DNA of 32,000 nt, taken from Prochlorococcus sp. MIT 0801. GTDB lineage: Bacteria; Cyanobacteriota; Cyanobacteriia; PCC-6307; Cyanobiaceae. How positions within the stretch are numbered: position 1 is the stretch's first letter; each line of letters opens with the position of its first letter. This document shows positions 1-9,126 of this stretch, piece by piece. The stretch is from the NCBI RefSeq assembly GCF_000757865.1, contig NZ_CP007754.1:840001-872000 (forward strand), given 5' to 3'. The position numbers and the translations under genes were made by a program. The notes beneath the pieces were generated by a model. That model did not search any database. It was given only the letters and a program-made list of their open reading frames with translations, and was not told the DNA's origin.

Positions 1-63
1 TTATAAGAATATATCTTATCAATTATCAGTGTTAAATATTCAATTATCTTTTTAATCATAACT

Positions 64-309
64 TTAATTTATAGTTTCTATTTTAATATGATTTATTAGT
101 GTAGTAACAAATGCAAATAATAAGAAAGGTAGGCTTAATACAAGTATTAAACCTACACCTAAAAGAGCAAAAACTGGTCTTGATGAGCCCATTAGTGCAA
201 GTCCTGCAGCTAGACTTACAAAAATTACACCCATCCATGCGAGGATTTGAATGTAAATATCACCAAATGCAAGGTCGCAAATAAGTTTATATTTTGTTAA
301 TGTGCTCAT
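64..309 (-). CDS. Small hydrophobic membrane protein (81 aa), function unknown
   Basis: ATG-initiated ORF. Two to three predicted TM stretches (ILAWMGVIFVSLAAGLALM, FALLGVGLILVLSLPFLLFAFV). No recognisable family motif. Confidence 0.45.
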   Translation of the reverse strand: MSTLTKYKLICDLAFGDIYIQILAWMGVIFVSLAAGLALMGSSRPVFALLGVGLILVLSLPFLLFAFVTTLINHIKIETIN

Positions 310-400
310 GATTTCATGATTATCTCATTTAAGATAATTGTTTTTTTTAGCTTATATCTAATTCAGGTTGAATTGATTAAAAAAAGTCAATAAGTAATGA

Positions 401-2152
401 TTAATCATCTGACTGAATTTGCTCTTTAGCTTTTTCTCTCTCCCACATGCTTTTATACAAACCGTCTTTCTTAATTAAGAATTGATGTTTTCCTTCTTGT
501 ACAATTTTTCCATCATTCATTACTAATATTCGGTCACACGCAGCAGCAGCTGAAAGCTGATGACTAATCATTAATACTGTTTTACTATATTGATTTTTTA
601 TTGTTTGAAGTATTGCTGACGCGGTTTTATTGTCCACACTTGCTAAAGCATCATCTAGAACAATTATCTTTGAATCTACCAATAATGCTCGACTTAAAGC
701 AGTTCGTTGTCTTTGTCCACCGCTGAGTGTTATTCCTCTTTCTCCGACAAGTGTTTTAAGTCCATCAGGAAAACCTTTTATATCATCTGTCATTCTTGCT
801 TCATAGGCTGATTCTTGGACTTTATCTATGGACGCTTTTGGATTCCCATATTTAATGTTTTCTGAAAGTGTTTCTGTGAAAAGATATCCCTCTTGAGGTA
901 CTAAAGCAATATTGCTTCTTAACTGCTTCAGCTTTAAGTCCATGACATCATGATCGTCTAAATACAAAGATCCTTCATCAATTTTTATCATCCTCCCTAA
1001 AGCTCTTGCCAAGGTCGTTTTACCGCAACCTACAGGACCTACCAAGGCGACTATTTCTCCGGGGTTTATTTTAAAAGAAATTTCATCTAGTATTTTCCTA
1101 TGAGAATCTTCATAACTTACTGAAAGATTTCTTGCTTCTAATTTTCCTGAAATAGGTTTAGTTATATTTACAGTATTATCTTTATCTTTGATTGTTGGTT
1201 CATGATTAAGTAGCTCTTCTACTCTCTCTAAACTTACTTGACCCAATTGAAAAGTATTAAGTGTAAAACCTAATAAGGCTGTTGGAAAAACCAGTCTTTC
1301 TACATATAGAATTAAAGCTACCAATCCTCCAACAGTAAGATTTCCGCTGCTAAGTTGCCCACTCCCAATTGCAATAAGTAGAAGCAAAGATATTGAGGAT
1401 AAACCTTGAAGTAGTGGAAATAAAGTACTTGCAGTTCTTGCAAGGTTAATAGCGGCGTCTCGGTATCTGATGTTTAATTTTTTGAATGCTTCTTGTTCAG
1501 CTCGTTCTTGACCATAAATCTTAATGGCACTAATGCCAGATAGATCTTCTTGAATTAACTCACTTAATTCGGATAAAGCTTGTTGTTGCCTCTTTCTTTG
1601 TTTAACCATTCTTCCACCGAACAATCCAACGGTGCCAAGTAAAACTGGATAGACGGATATGGCAAAAAAGGTTAATAGCGGATTAATTGTCAGCATCGCT
1701 GGCAATGTGAAGGTGTATGCCAATAATGTGTTTGTAAGACTAAGAACCGTAAAACCTAGCAATCTTCGAATGTTTTCTAAATCGCTAGTAGCTCTTGTTA
1801 TGACTTCTCCAGTCCCTATGGTTTGAACCCATCCGGGGTCTTGTTCCAGCATTCGATCAAATAATTTTTGTCTCAATGAAACTTCTACTTGTCTTCCAAC
1901 CCCAAACACGAGCTGCCGAGATATCAATCTTGCTCCCCCCATCACTGTTGCCATAAGTATTAACCATGTCGACTTATTTAAGACGTATGAAAATGTAAAT
2001 CCTTCTTTTAGATCATCAACGATATTTCTAACTTCCATTGGAATAGCAACGCTTAAAATATTTACAAAAATCAGACAGAAAGCACCTATTATCAGATCCC
2101 TCTTATGTGGTCTCAAATAGTTTTTTATTAGATCTAGTCTTAATGCAGCCAT
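401..2152 (-). CDS. ABC exporter, fused permease + ATPase (MsbA/multidrug-efflux type)
   Basis: N-terminal six-TM ABC membrane domain followed by Walker A GPVGCGKTT, ABC signature LSGGQRQR and Walker B IIVLDDALASVD. Confidence 0.9.
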   Translation of the reverse strand: MAALRLDLIKNYLRPHKRDLIIGAFCLIFVNILSVAIPMEVRNIVDDLKEGFTFSYVLNKSTWLILMATVMGGARLISRQLVFGVGRQVEVSLRQKLFDRMLEQDPGWVQTIGTGEVITRATSDLENIRRLLGFTVLSLTNTLLAYTFTLPAMLTINPLLTFFAISVYPVLLGTVGLFGGRMVKQRKRQQQALSELSELIQEDLSGISAIKIYGQERAEQEAFKKLNIRYRDAAINLARTASTLFPLLQGLSSISLLLLIAIGSGQLSSGNLTVGGLVALILYVERLVFPTALLGFTLNTFQLGQVSLERVEELLNHEPTIKDKDNTVNITKPISGKLEARNLSVSYEDSHRKILDEISFKINPGEIVALVGPVGCGKTTLARALGRMIKIDEGSLYLDDHDVMDLKLKQLRSNIALVPQEGYLFTETLSENIKYGNPKASIDKVQESAYEARMTDDIKGFPDGLKTLVGERGITLSGGQRQRTALSRALLVDSKIIVLDDALASVDNKTASAILQTIKNQYSKTVLMISHQLSAAAACDRILVMNDGKIVQEGKHQFLIKKDGLYKSMWEREKAKEQIQSDD

Positions 2153-2226
2153 TCTTTTATTAATATGCCCATTAACCTAGGCAATATAAGCCCATGGACG
2201 TGAGCAAAATCCAATTTAACTAATTT

Positions 2227-2538
2227 ATGAACGAGGCACAAAATCATCCGCTTTATTCAACAGATCGTGAAAATCTTGATCGATTGTGTGCGATAGATTC
2301 TCCAACCTCAAATAATTTTGTTGAACTAGCTAGATTAATAATTCGATATCAGGATTTCAGAGGTGCTGAAGATCTTAATTCTGATATGGAAAAACTTTTA
2401 AAAAAATGGAGCATTAATCGTGACAAATTAGAGGAAATAACAAGGAAACTTTGGTCAGAGGGATTTCGTCCTTCAAGTCATTCAAGTTCCGATAACGTCG
2501 GTTCTGGATTTGATACGTCAGATTCCACTGAATCTTAA
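2227..2538 (+). CDS. Conserved cyanobacterial hypothetical protein (DUF3288-like)
   Basis: 103-aa ATG ORF. From memory, the pattern HPLYSTDR..D.L....P...N..ELARL.IRY..F.GA.D resembles the DUF3288 family. Not verified by search. Confidence 0.55.
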   Translation: MNEAQNHPLYSTDRENLDRLCAIDSPTSNNFVELARLIIRYQDFRGAEDLNSDMEKLLKKWSINRDKLEEITRKLWSEGFRPSSHSSSDNVGSGFDTSDSTES

Positions 2539-2650
2539 TGTTAGGAAATTATTTTTTTATTTAAACAACTTCCATTGTTGATATATTAATGATTAAGTTA
2601 TAAAAAATATTCTGCTTGGAACGCTTAACACTTAGGACTTTTTCTGATAA

Positions 2651-3688
2651 ATGACCATTCTAAATCCTATAACTTTTCCAGTAATTCTTGAATCACTTCT
2701 TGCTTCCAATGATTTAACTGAAGAGCAATCTAATTATTTAATGAATTCATGGCTCGAAAATAAAATTGAACCAGTTCAAACAGGGGCATTCTTAGCAGCT
2801 TTTAGAGCAAAGGGGGTTTCTGGTAATGAACTTTCGGTAATGGCAAAAATTCTTCAAGATGCCTCAACGACACCATCAGATCTACCATCTTTTGATTTGG
2901 TAGATACATGCGGAACTGGTGGAGATGGAGCGAACACATTCAATATTTCTACAGCAGTTGCTTTTGTCTCGGCGGCCTTAGGGGTGAAAATCGCTAAACA
3001 TGGAAATCGAAGTGCTAGCGGCAAGGTTGGATCAGCAGACGTATTAGAAAATTTAGGATTACCTTTAAATGTTTCTTCCGGAAAAGTTCTTGAAGCTTTA
3101 AAGAAGTTAGGTATTACATTTCTTTTTGCTCCTTCTTGGCATCCTTCATTGGTAAATCTTGCTCCTTTAAGAAAAAGCTTAGGAGTTAGAACCATCTTTA
3201 ATTTACTGGGTCCATTAGTTAACCCACTTAGACCAAAGTCTCAAGTATTGGGAGTAGCCAAAGCTGATTTGCTTGATCCAATGTCGCTAGCTTTAAAAGG
3301 AATGGGACTTAAAAGAGCTGTAGTTGTTCATGGAGCAGGTGGTCTTGATGAGGCTTCACTAGCTGGGGCTAATGAATTTAGGTTCTTAGACAAAGATGTT
3401 ATTAAAACTGAAATTATTAACCCTAGTGATCTTGGACTTACTGAAATCTCCAATGAAAGATTGAAAGGTGATGATTTGAAAACTAATTCTCAAATCTTAA
3501 AGTCTTTACTTAATGGAGAAGGAAATAAATATCACAAAGAAGTCGTAGCATTAAATACTGCTCTTGTTTTATGGGTATCAGGAGTTGAGGATGATTTATC
3601 TTCAGGTGTTAAACGAGCATTAGTTTGTTTGAATACAGATAAGTCATGGCTCCTTTTCGAGCAATTAAGAGATTTTTTAGCCATTTAA
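2651..3688 (+). CDS. trpD: Anthranilate phosphoribosyltransferase
   Basis: Hallmark motifs [17 protein letters not shown] and [18 protein letters not shown]. 345 aa is the typical length. Confidence 0.92.
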   Translation: MTILNPITFPVILESLLASNDLTEEQSNYLMNSWLENKIEPVQTGAFLAAFRAKGVSGNELSVMAKILQDASTTPSDLPSFDLVDTCGTGGDGANTFNISTAVAFVSAALGVKIAKHGNRSASGKVGSADVLENLGLPLNVSSGKVLEALKKLGITFLFAPSWHPSLVNLAPLRKSLGVRTIFNLLGPLVNPLRPKSQVLGVAKADLLDPMSLALKGMGLKRAVVVHGAGGLDEASLAGANEFRFLDKDVIKTEIINPSDLGLTEISNERLKGDDLKTNSQILKSLLNGEGNKYHKEVVALNTALVLWVSGVEDDLSSGVKRALVCLNTDKSWLLFEQLRDFLAI

Positions 3689-3716
3689 TCCTTTTAACTG
3701 ATAAGCCTTATTCCTT

Positions 3717-4871
3717 ATGTTTTTCGATACTGATAGCTCTGCGATTTTGTTATTAGAGGATGGGATCTATTTTGAAGGATTATCTTTTGGTGCGCTTGGA
3801 ACTATTTCTGGTGAAGTCGTATTTAATACAGGTATGACAGGTTATCAGGAGGTCATAACTGATCCAAGTTACTATGGTCAACTTATTACTTTTACCTATC
3901 CAGAGATTGGTAATACAGGAGTCAATTTTGAGGATAATGAATCATCACATCCTTCAGTTAAAGGTGTTATTGCTCGTCAAATATCAAACACTCCCAGTAA
4001 CTGGAGACATGAAATTTCGTTTGAAAATTGGTTAAAGGATGAAAATGTTGTTGGAATCCATGGAATAGATACAAGATCACTTGTTAGACATATAAGAGAG
4101 TCTGGCTCTTTGAATGGAATTATTTCATCAGAGTCCAAATATTCAATAGCTGAATTATTTTCACTTTTAAAAAAATCTCCTTCAATGAGTGGTCTGAATC
4201 TTGTCGATAAAGTAACTACAAAAACTGCTTTTCAAGCTAATTCAACTTGTCCTGTTGCATTTGATATGAGAATTAAAAATACTCAAACTATTCCATACAA
4301 AGTTGTTGCTATAGATTTTGGGATAAAGAAATCGATATTGGACCGGTTAGTTGCTCATGGTTGTGAGGTAACTGTCTTACCTGCAAATGCTGAAATGGCC
4401 GATGTTTTAGCTTTATCACCTGAAGGTGTTTTTCTTTCAAATGGTCCAGGTGATCCATCCACAGTCGATAGTGGTATTAATCTTGCTAAAAATTTAATTG
4501 AATATAAAAAACTACCTGTTTTTGGAATCTGCCTAGGCCATCAGATCCTTGGATTGGCTTTAGGTGGTAAAACTTTTAAACTTTCTTATGGACACAGAGG
4601 ACTAAATCATCCATGTGGATTGAATGGAAAAGTTGAAATTACTAGTCAAAACCATGGATTTGCTTTGAATTCAGAATCTTTGAATTCCAAAAAAATAAAA
4701 ATCACCAGATTAAATTTAAATGACCAAACAGTCGCTGCAATTTCTGTAATTGACAGGCCTTTCTTTGGTGTTCAGTATCACCCCGAAGCGAGCCCTGGTC
4801 CGCATGATGCTGATCATCATTTTAATCATTTCGTAACCTTAATAGAAGAACGACGAAGAATCGTGGATTAA
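3717..4871 (+). CDS. carA: Carbamoyl-phosphate synthase small (glutamine amidotransferase) subunit
   Basis: CPSase small-chain N-domain ([21 protein letters not shown]), GATase class-I catalytic GICLGHQ and C-terminal [11 protein letters not shown]. Confidence 0.93.
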   Translation: MFFDTDSSAILLLEDGIYFEGLSFGALGTISGEVVFNTGMTGYQEVITDPSYYGQLITFTYPEIGNTGVNFEDNESSHPSVKGVIARQISNTPSNWRHEISFENWLKDENVVGIHGIDTRSLVRHIRESGSLNGIISSESKYSIAELFSLLKKSPSMSGLNLVDKVTTKTAFQANSTCPVAFDMRIKNTQTIPYKVVAIDFGIKKSILDRLVAHGCEVTVLPANAEMADVLALSPEGVFLSNGPGDPSTVDSGINLAKNLIEYKKLPVFGICLGHQILGLALGGKTFKLSYGHRGLNHPCGLNGKVEITSQNHGFALNSESLNSKKIKITRLNLNDQTVAAISVIDRPFFGVQYHPEASPGPHDADHHFNHFVTLIEERRRIVD

Positions 4872-4988
4872 TTTGGTTTCTATCACTACACTTCCATCAT
4901 GAAGTCATAGGGGACTAATCCCATAACTGAATTAAAAAGACTTACTGTTTCTCTTAGAGGTGGTTCTAAACAGCAAAATGGTTGTTTA

Positions 4989-5288
4989 GTGATTAATTTC
5001 ACTGGTCAACTAGATGCTTATTCAGAGAAACAATTCACAACTTATATCAATGAAGTTTTAGCTTCTAATCAACTATCAGTTGTAATTGATTTAACTAATA
5101 TCGATTTCATTGATTCTTGTGGCTTAGGTGCAATGGTTCAAGCTGCTAAGAAATGTACTAATTCAAAAAGATCCTTTAATGTTGTAGGAAATCCAAGAGT
5201 TATTCAAACAATTAAACTTGTTCGCTTAGAGGAATACCTTCATGTTGCACCTGATCTAAATACTGCAATTGGTAGATTATCAGCTTGA
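4989..5288 (+). CDS. STAS-domain protein (SpoIIAA-type anti-sigma-factor antagonist); true start uncertain and probably upstream of 4989
   Basis: Pattern LVINFTGQLDAYSEKQF...VVIDLTNIDFIDSCGLGAMV matches the STAS fold, including the DSCG phospho-Ser position. The GTG at 4989 would remove strand beta-1. The in-frame upstream sequence (4911-4988) encodes a plausible beta-1 but has no ATG/GTG/TTG. Confidence 0.7.
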   Translation: MINFTGQLDAYSEKQFTTYINEVLASNQLSVVIDLTNIDFIDSCGLGAMVQAAKKCTNSKRSFNVVGNPRVIQTIKLVRLEEYLHVAPDLNTAIGRLSA

Positions 5289-5683
5289 CTGATTGGATTC
5301 GCTCTTACAAATCAACCATTTCTCCCGATGGCTTGGGTCCTTTGCAACTAGCTTGGTTGGGAGATGCTGTGTGGGAAATGCATCAAAGGTTGAGATATTG
5401 CAGTATTCCAATGCGCTCTAAGGATCTGCACAATGCCGTTGTTAAAGAGGTAAACGCATCCAGTCAAGCTAAGGCAATCACAAAAATAGAGCCTTTCCTC
5501 ACTGATACTGAAAAGGATTTCCTTAGAAAAGGTAGAAACAAAGCTGGAAGAGGTCCTAAAAATGTAGATGCAGCCACATATGCAATTGCGACCGGATTTG
5601 AGACTATTGTTGGTTGGTTGTTTTTGAAAAATCCAAATCGTCTTGCAGATTTATTCGATCTTCTTGATCGACCCATTAACTAA
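5285..5683 (+). CDS. mrnC: Mini-ribonuclease III (23S rRNA maturation)
   Basis: Signature LAWLGDAVWE near the N-terminus and ...ATGFETIVGWL, at about 130 aa. TTG start overlaps the STAS stop (TTGA). Followed by an rlmB-like gene, as in the Bacillus mrnC-rlmB arrangement. Confidence 0.8.
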   Translation: MTDWIRSYKSTISPDGLGPLQLAWLGDAVWEMHQRLRYCSIPMRSKDLHNAVVKEVNASSQAKAITKIEPFLTDTEKDFLRKGRNKAGRGPKNVDAATYAIATGFETIVGWLFLKNPNRLADLFDLLDRPIN

Positions 5684-5700
5684 AAAATATTTCTTATAAA

Positions 5701-7107
5701 ATGAGTTATCGCTTTAATAAAGACAGAAGGAATTCAAAAAACTCTTCATCTAATAAACGAAGTAGTAATTTTTCTCGCCAAGATAATGACTCCCAAAATT
5801 CAAACTACAATGATCGAAGAAGAAACCATAACAAAACAAATCGTCTTTCTTCAGATCCATTAAATCAATATTCATTAGACAAAGAATCTTCTGAAAGATC
5901 AAGAAGTCGTAACGAGACAAATTCCAACTACAGAGGATCTAATCGATTCGAAAGAAAATCGACCAACCCTTCAAACAGAAATCAAAACTCTCAGGATACC
6001 AATATTTACAGAGGATCTAATCGATTCGAGAGGAAATCGGCCAACCGTTCGTACAGAAATCAAGACTCTCAGGAAACCAACAATTACAGAGCATATAATC
6101 GATTCGAGAGAAAATCGACCAACCCTTCAGACAGAAATCAAAATTTTCAGGATAACAATAATTACAGAGGATCTAATCGATTTGAGAGAAAATCGACCAA
6201 CGCTTCGTACAAGAATAAAAATTCTCAGGAAGCTAGCAGTTATAGAAGTGAAGAAAGCATAGAACCTCTCTCATATTCTCAAAGCTATACCAAAACATTA
6301 AGTGATGATCTGATTTGGGGCCGTCATTCAACTGAGTCAGCGCTTATGGGCGGCAGGCCAATTCATAGGATTTGGTGTACCTCTGAATTACGAAGTACAC
6401 CAAAGTTTTTTCAACTTCTCAAAGATCAAAAAGCATCTGGTGTCTTAGTTGAAGAAGTTTCATGGTCAAGGATTGGTCAGCTCACCAATGGCGCAGTTCA
6501 TCAAGGAATAGTTTTACAAATTGCCGCATCAAAAACACATGATTTAAAGAATTTAATTGATGCTTGCAAAGCTTTTGGTGATTCATCATTGCTATTGGCT
6601 TTAGATGGCTTAACTGATCCTCAGAATCTTGGGGCAATAATTCGATCTGCCGAAGCCCTCGGTGCTCAAGGCTTAATCCTTCCACAAAGAAGAAGTGCAG
6701 GTTTAACAGGATCTGTCGCAAAAGTTGCCGCAGGAGCTCTGGAACATTTGCCGGTAGCAAGAGTTGTTAATTTAAATAGGTCTTTAGAAAAATTGAAAGA
6801 TGAAGGTTATACCGTTGTTGGCCTTGCTGAGGAGGGAACATCTACTTTGTCTGAAATCAAATTTGAAGGTCCTTTAGTTGTAGTAGTTGGGTCTGAAGAC
6901 AAAGGAATTTCTCTAATAACAAGAAGGTTGTGTGATCAGTTAGTAAGGATTCCTCTTAAGGGAGTCACTACAAGCCTTAATGCGTCAGTCGCTACGTCTA
7001 TTTTCTTATATGAAGTGGCTAGATCGAGATGGATGCGCTCAATTTCTGGACAAGACCCTTCACCTAGATTATTGAAACCTCAGATTTCAACTGAAAATAA
7101 TAACTAA
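5701..7107 (+). CDS. rlmB: SpoU/TrmH-family 23S rRNA 2'-O-methyltransferase (RlmB-like) with a ~200-aa N/S/R-rich repeat-containing N-terminal extension
   Basis: C-terminal 260 aa: substrate-binding domain (LIWGRHSTESAL) and SPOUT motifs LDGLTDPQNLGAIIRSAEA, VVVGSEDKGIS and IPL.G...SLNASVA. The first 200 aa are low-complexity. Confidence 0.85.
   Translation: MSYRFNKDRRNSKNSSSNKRSSNFSRQDNDSQNSNYNDRRRNHNKTNRLSSDPLNQYSLDKESSERSRSRNETNSNYRGSNRFERKSTNPSNRNQNSQDTNIYRGSNRFERKSANRSYRNQDSQETNNYRAYNRFERKSTNPSDRNQNFQDNNNYRGSNRFERKSTNASYKNKNSQEASSYRSEESIEPLSYSQSYTKTLSDDLIWGRHSTESALMGGRPIHRIWCTSELRSTPKFFQLLKDQKASGVLVEEVSWSRIGQLTNGAVHQGIVLQIAASKTHDLKNLIDACKAFGDSSLLLALDGLTDPQNLGAIIRSAEALGAQGLILPQRRSAGLTGSVAKVAAGALEHLPVARVVNLNRSLEKLKDEGYTVVGLAEEGTSTLSEIKFEGPLVVVVGSEDKGISLITRRLCDQLVRIPLKGVTTSLNASVATSIFLYEVARSRWMRSISGQDPSPRLLKPQISTENNN
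5929..6240 (+). repeat. Four in-frame tandem copies of a 78-bp (26-aa) unit, consensus YRGSNRFERKSTNxSxRNQNSQ(D/E)xNN
   Basis: Directly visible. Units start at 5929, 6007, 6085 and 6163, each beginning TACAGAG(G/C)A..AATCGATT(C/T)GA. A fifth degenerate start (TATAGAAGT) lies at 6241. Confidence 0.95.
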
Positions 7108-7335
7108 ATCTTTTTAAAAATAACACCTTAAACAAGTGTATATTTTTTATAGTTGTATTAGTATCTTTATAACTTCATAATCAAATTAGATTATTAATTA
7201 CATTACTCACAGCTTTTTATACCCAACATTCTTTCTCTTCTGATATATGTTTCATCATCAAGTGAACATAATATTCCATATTTATTTGTTAAATATCTGA
7301 TTAAGAAAGTATAGTAAATTAAACGCAGTTTACTT

Positions 7336-7566
7336 ATGGGTCCCATTAGGGCTCTTCGAAGCTTAGGTAATAGTTTTGGCTTGGCCTGGTGGGCGAAGGT
7401 TGAGACTCTTCATCCTGAGGTGACATATTGGTTTGGTCCATTTCTGACTCGTCGCAGCTTGAAGGTCAGTTTAAATGGATTTGTTGAGGATCTTTCCGCA
7501 GAGTCTCCCCAAAAAATAAGTCATAGTTTAATTAGGTGTCGCCGTAATGAGCCTCTAACGTCATAG
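7336..7566 (+). CDS. Conserved cyanobacterial hypothetical protein (DUF1816-like)
   Basis: 76-aa ATG ORF. From memory, [25 protein letters not shown]...GFVEDL resembles the DUF1816 family. Codon composition is noticeably more GC-rich than the flanking intergenic DNA. Confidence 0.55.
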   Translation: MGPIRALRSLGNSFGLAWWAKVETLHPEVTYWFGPFLTRRSLKVSLNGFVEDLSAESPQKISHSLIRCRRNEPLTS

Positions 7567-7594
7567 GCTTAAAAATATTTTTTATAATTTAGTA

Positions 7595-9055
7595 ATGACT
7601 TTTGAAGACTTGCGCCAGAAATTGAAAAGTGGTGAGGTTTCTTCCAAAGAGCTTGTTCAAGAAAAAATAAACCGAATAAACGAATTAGATCCAACTCTGA
7701 ATACCTTTTTAACTGTTAACACTGAGCTTGCGCTAAGCAAAGCTGAATATATCGATAAACAAATAGCATCTGGCGACCATTTACCGCCTTTGTCAGGAAT
7801 ACCCATTGCGATAAAAGACAACCTTTGTACGAAAGGAATCAAGACAACTTGTGCAAGCAAGATTTTGGACAACTTTGTCCCCCCATACGAGTCAACAGTT
7901 ACTAAAAAGCTTTTGAACGAAGGAGCAATACTTATTGGCAAAACAAATATGGATGAATTTGCGATGGGGAGCTCTACAGAAACCTCTGCCTTTGGTCCTA
8001 CATTGAATCCATGGAACATAACTAAAGTTCCTGGAGGAAGTTCTGGTGGTAGTGCAGCTTCTGTTGCTGCCGGATTATGTTACGGATCTCTGGGTTCTGA
8101 TACTGGCGGGTCAATTCGACAACCAGCTTCATTTTGTGGCGTTGTTGGTATGAAGCCCACTTACGGACGAGTAAGTAGATGGGGATTAATAGCTTTTGCT
8201 AGTTCTTTAGATCAGGTTGGTCCATTTGCTAATAATGTTTCTGATGCAGCTGAAATTTTGCAAGTTATATCAGGCAAAGATGATTTTGATTCAACTACTG
8301 TCGATATTCCTGTTCCCAATTATTTGGAGACCCTTTCTAAGTCAATTAAGGGAATGAAAATAGGTTTAATTGATAATTGCTTTGATCATGAAGGTTTAGC
8401 CACCGATGTTAAAGAATCTGTTCTTGGCTCTGCCTCGCTACTAGAACACTTAGGTGCAGAAATTGTTAATGTTTCTTGTCCTCGTTTCAATGATGGAATT
8501 GCTACTTATTATGTTATTGCCCCGTCTGAAGCTTCGGCGAATTTAGCAAGATATGACGGTGTCAAATATGGATTCCGCTCTGAAGATGAACAATCTCTCA
8601 TTGAAATGACAACCAAAAGTCGAGCGCTTGGTTTTGGAAGTGAAGTTAAACGAAGAATTCTTATAGGAACCTATGCGCTTTCCGCTGGTTATGTTGAGGC
8701 TTACTACAAGAAGGCCCAGCAAGTTAGAACTTTAATACGTAAAGACTTTGATGATGCTTTCAAAAAGGTAGATGTTCTGCTGGCCCCAACAGCTCCTACC
8801 ACTGCTTTCGGTTCTGGAGATAATATTGATAACCCTATGGCTATGTACTTATCGGATTTGTTAACTATTCCAGCTAATTTAGCTGGTTTGCCTGCTATTA
8901 GCCTGCCATGTGGGTTTGATAATTCTGGCCTGCCAATAGGGTTACAGCTAATCGGTAATGTTTTTGAAGAAGGTAAGCTTCTTCAAGTAGCTAGTCAATT
9001 TGAGAAAGCTGCTGAGGTTTATAAAAAGAGGCCTAATACAGATTTCACGTTATAA
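7595..9055 (+). CDS. gatA: Glutamyl-tRNA(Gln)/aspartyl-tRNA(Asn) amidotransferase subunit A
   Basis: Amidase signature [14 protein letters not shown], plus [18 protein letters not shown] and [12 protein letters not shown]. 486 aa. Confidence 0.93.
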   Translation: MTFEDLRQKLKSGEVSSKELVQEKINRINELDPTLNTFLTVNTELALSKAEYIDKQIASGDHLPPLSGIPIAIKDNLCTKGIKTTCASKILDNFVPPYESTVTKKLLNEGAILIGKTNMDEFAMGSSTETSAFGPTLNPWNITKVPGGSSGGSAASVAAGLCYGSLGSDTGGSIRQPASFCGVVGMKPTYGRVSRWGLIAFASSLDQVGPFANNVSDAAEILQVISGKDDFDSTTVDIPVPNYLETLSKSIKGMKIGLIDNCFDHEGLATDVKESVLGSASLLEHLGAEIVNVSCPRFNDGIATYYVIAPSEASANLARYDGVKYGFRSEDEQSLIEMTTKSRALGFGSEVKRRILIGTYALSAGYVEAYYKKAQQVRTLIRKDFDDAFKKVDVLLAPTAPTTAFGSGDNIDNPMAMYLSDLLTIPANLAGLPAISLPCGFDNSGLPIGLQLIGNVFEEGKLLQVASQFEKAAEVYKKRPNTDFTL

Positions 9056-9091
9056 ACTTTAATCCACTTCATGTGGAGGATATAATTGTCG

Positions 9092-9111
9092 CTACACTAT
9101 ATGCAGTGTAG
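9092..9111 (+). terminator. Hairpin (7-bp stem CTACACT/AGTGTAG, 6-nt loop) followed by TTTCGTG; a weak candidate gatA terminator or a dnaE 5'-UTR structure
   Basis: Inverted repeat read directly from the sequence, 37 nt after the gatA stop. The U-tract is poor. Confidence 0.3.
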
Positions 9112-9126
9112 TTTCGTGTGATATTA

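Noticed and set aside
2600-2650. GGAACGC string upstream of trpD, reminiscent of the 3' half of the glutamine (glnA) riboswitch
   Set aside because: The required complementary 5' half (CGTTC...GGAAGTAGG) is absent from the spacer, so this is a chance match.
2854-3195. 113-aa ORF antisense to trpD
   Set aside because: It lies entirely inside a confidently identified gene on the opposite strand and has no motif. This is a typical shadow ORF in the complementary frame.
7657-8019. 120-aa ORF antisense to gatA, plus similar antisense ORFs at 5464-5676, 6482-6760, 17011-17247, 19941-20123 and 26347-26673
   Set aside because: All are embedded in well-supported genes on the other strand. Their compositions are low-complexity or odd, and there is no independent support.
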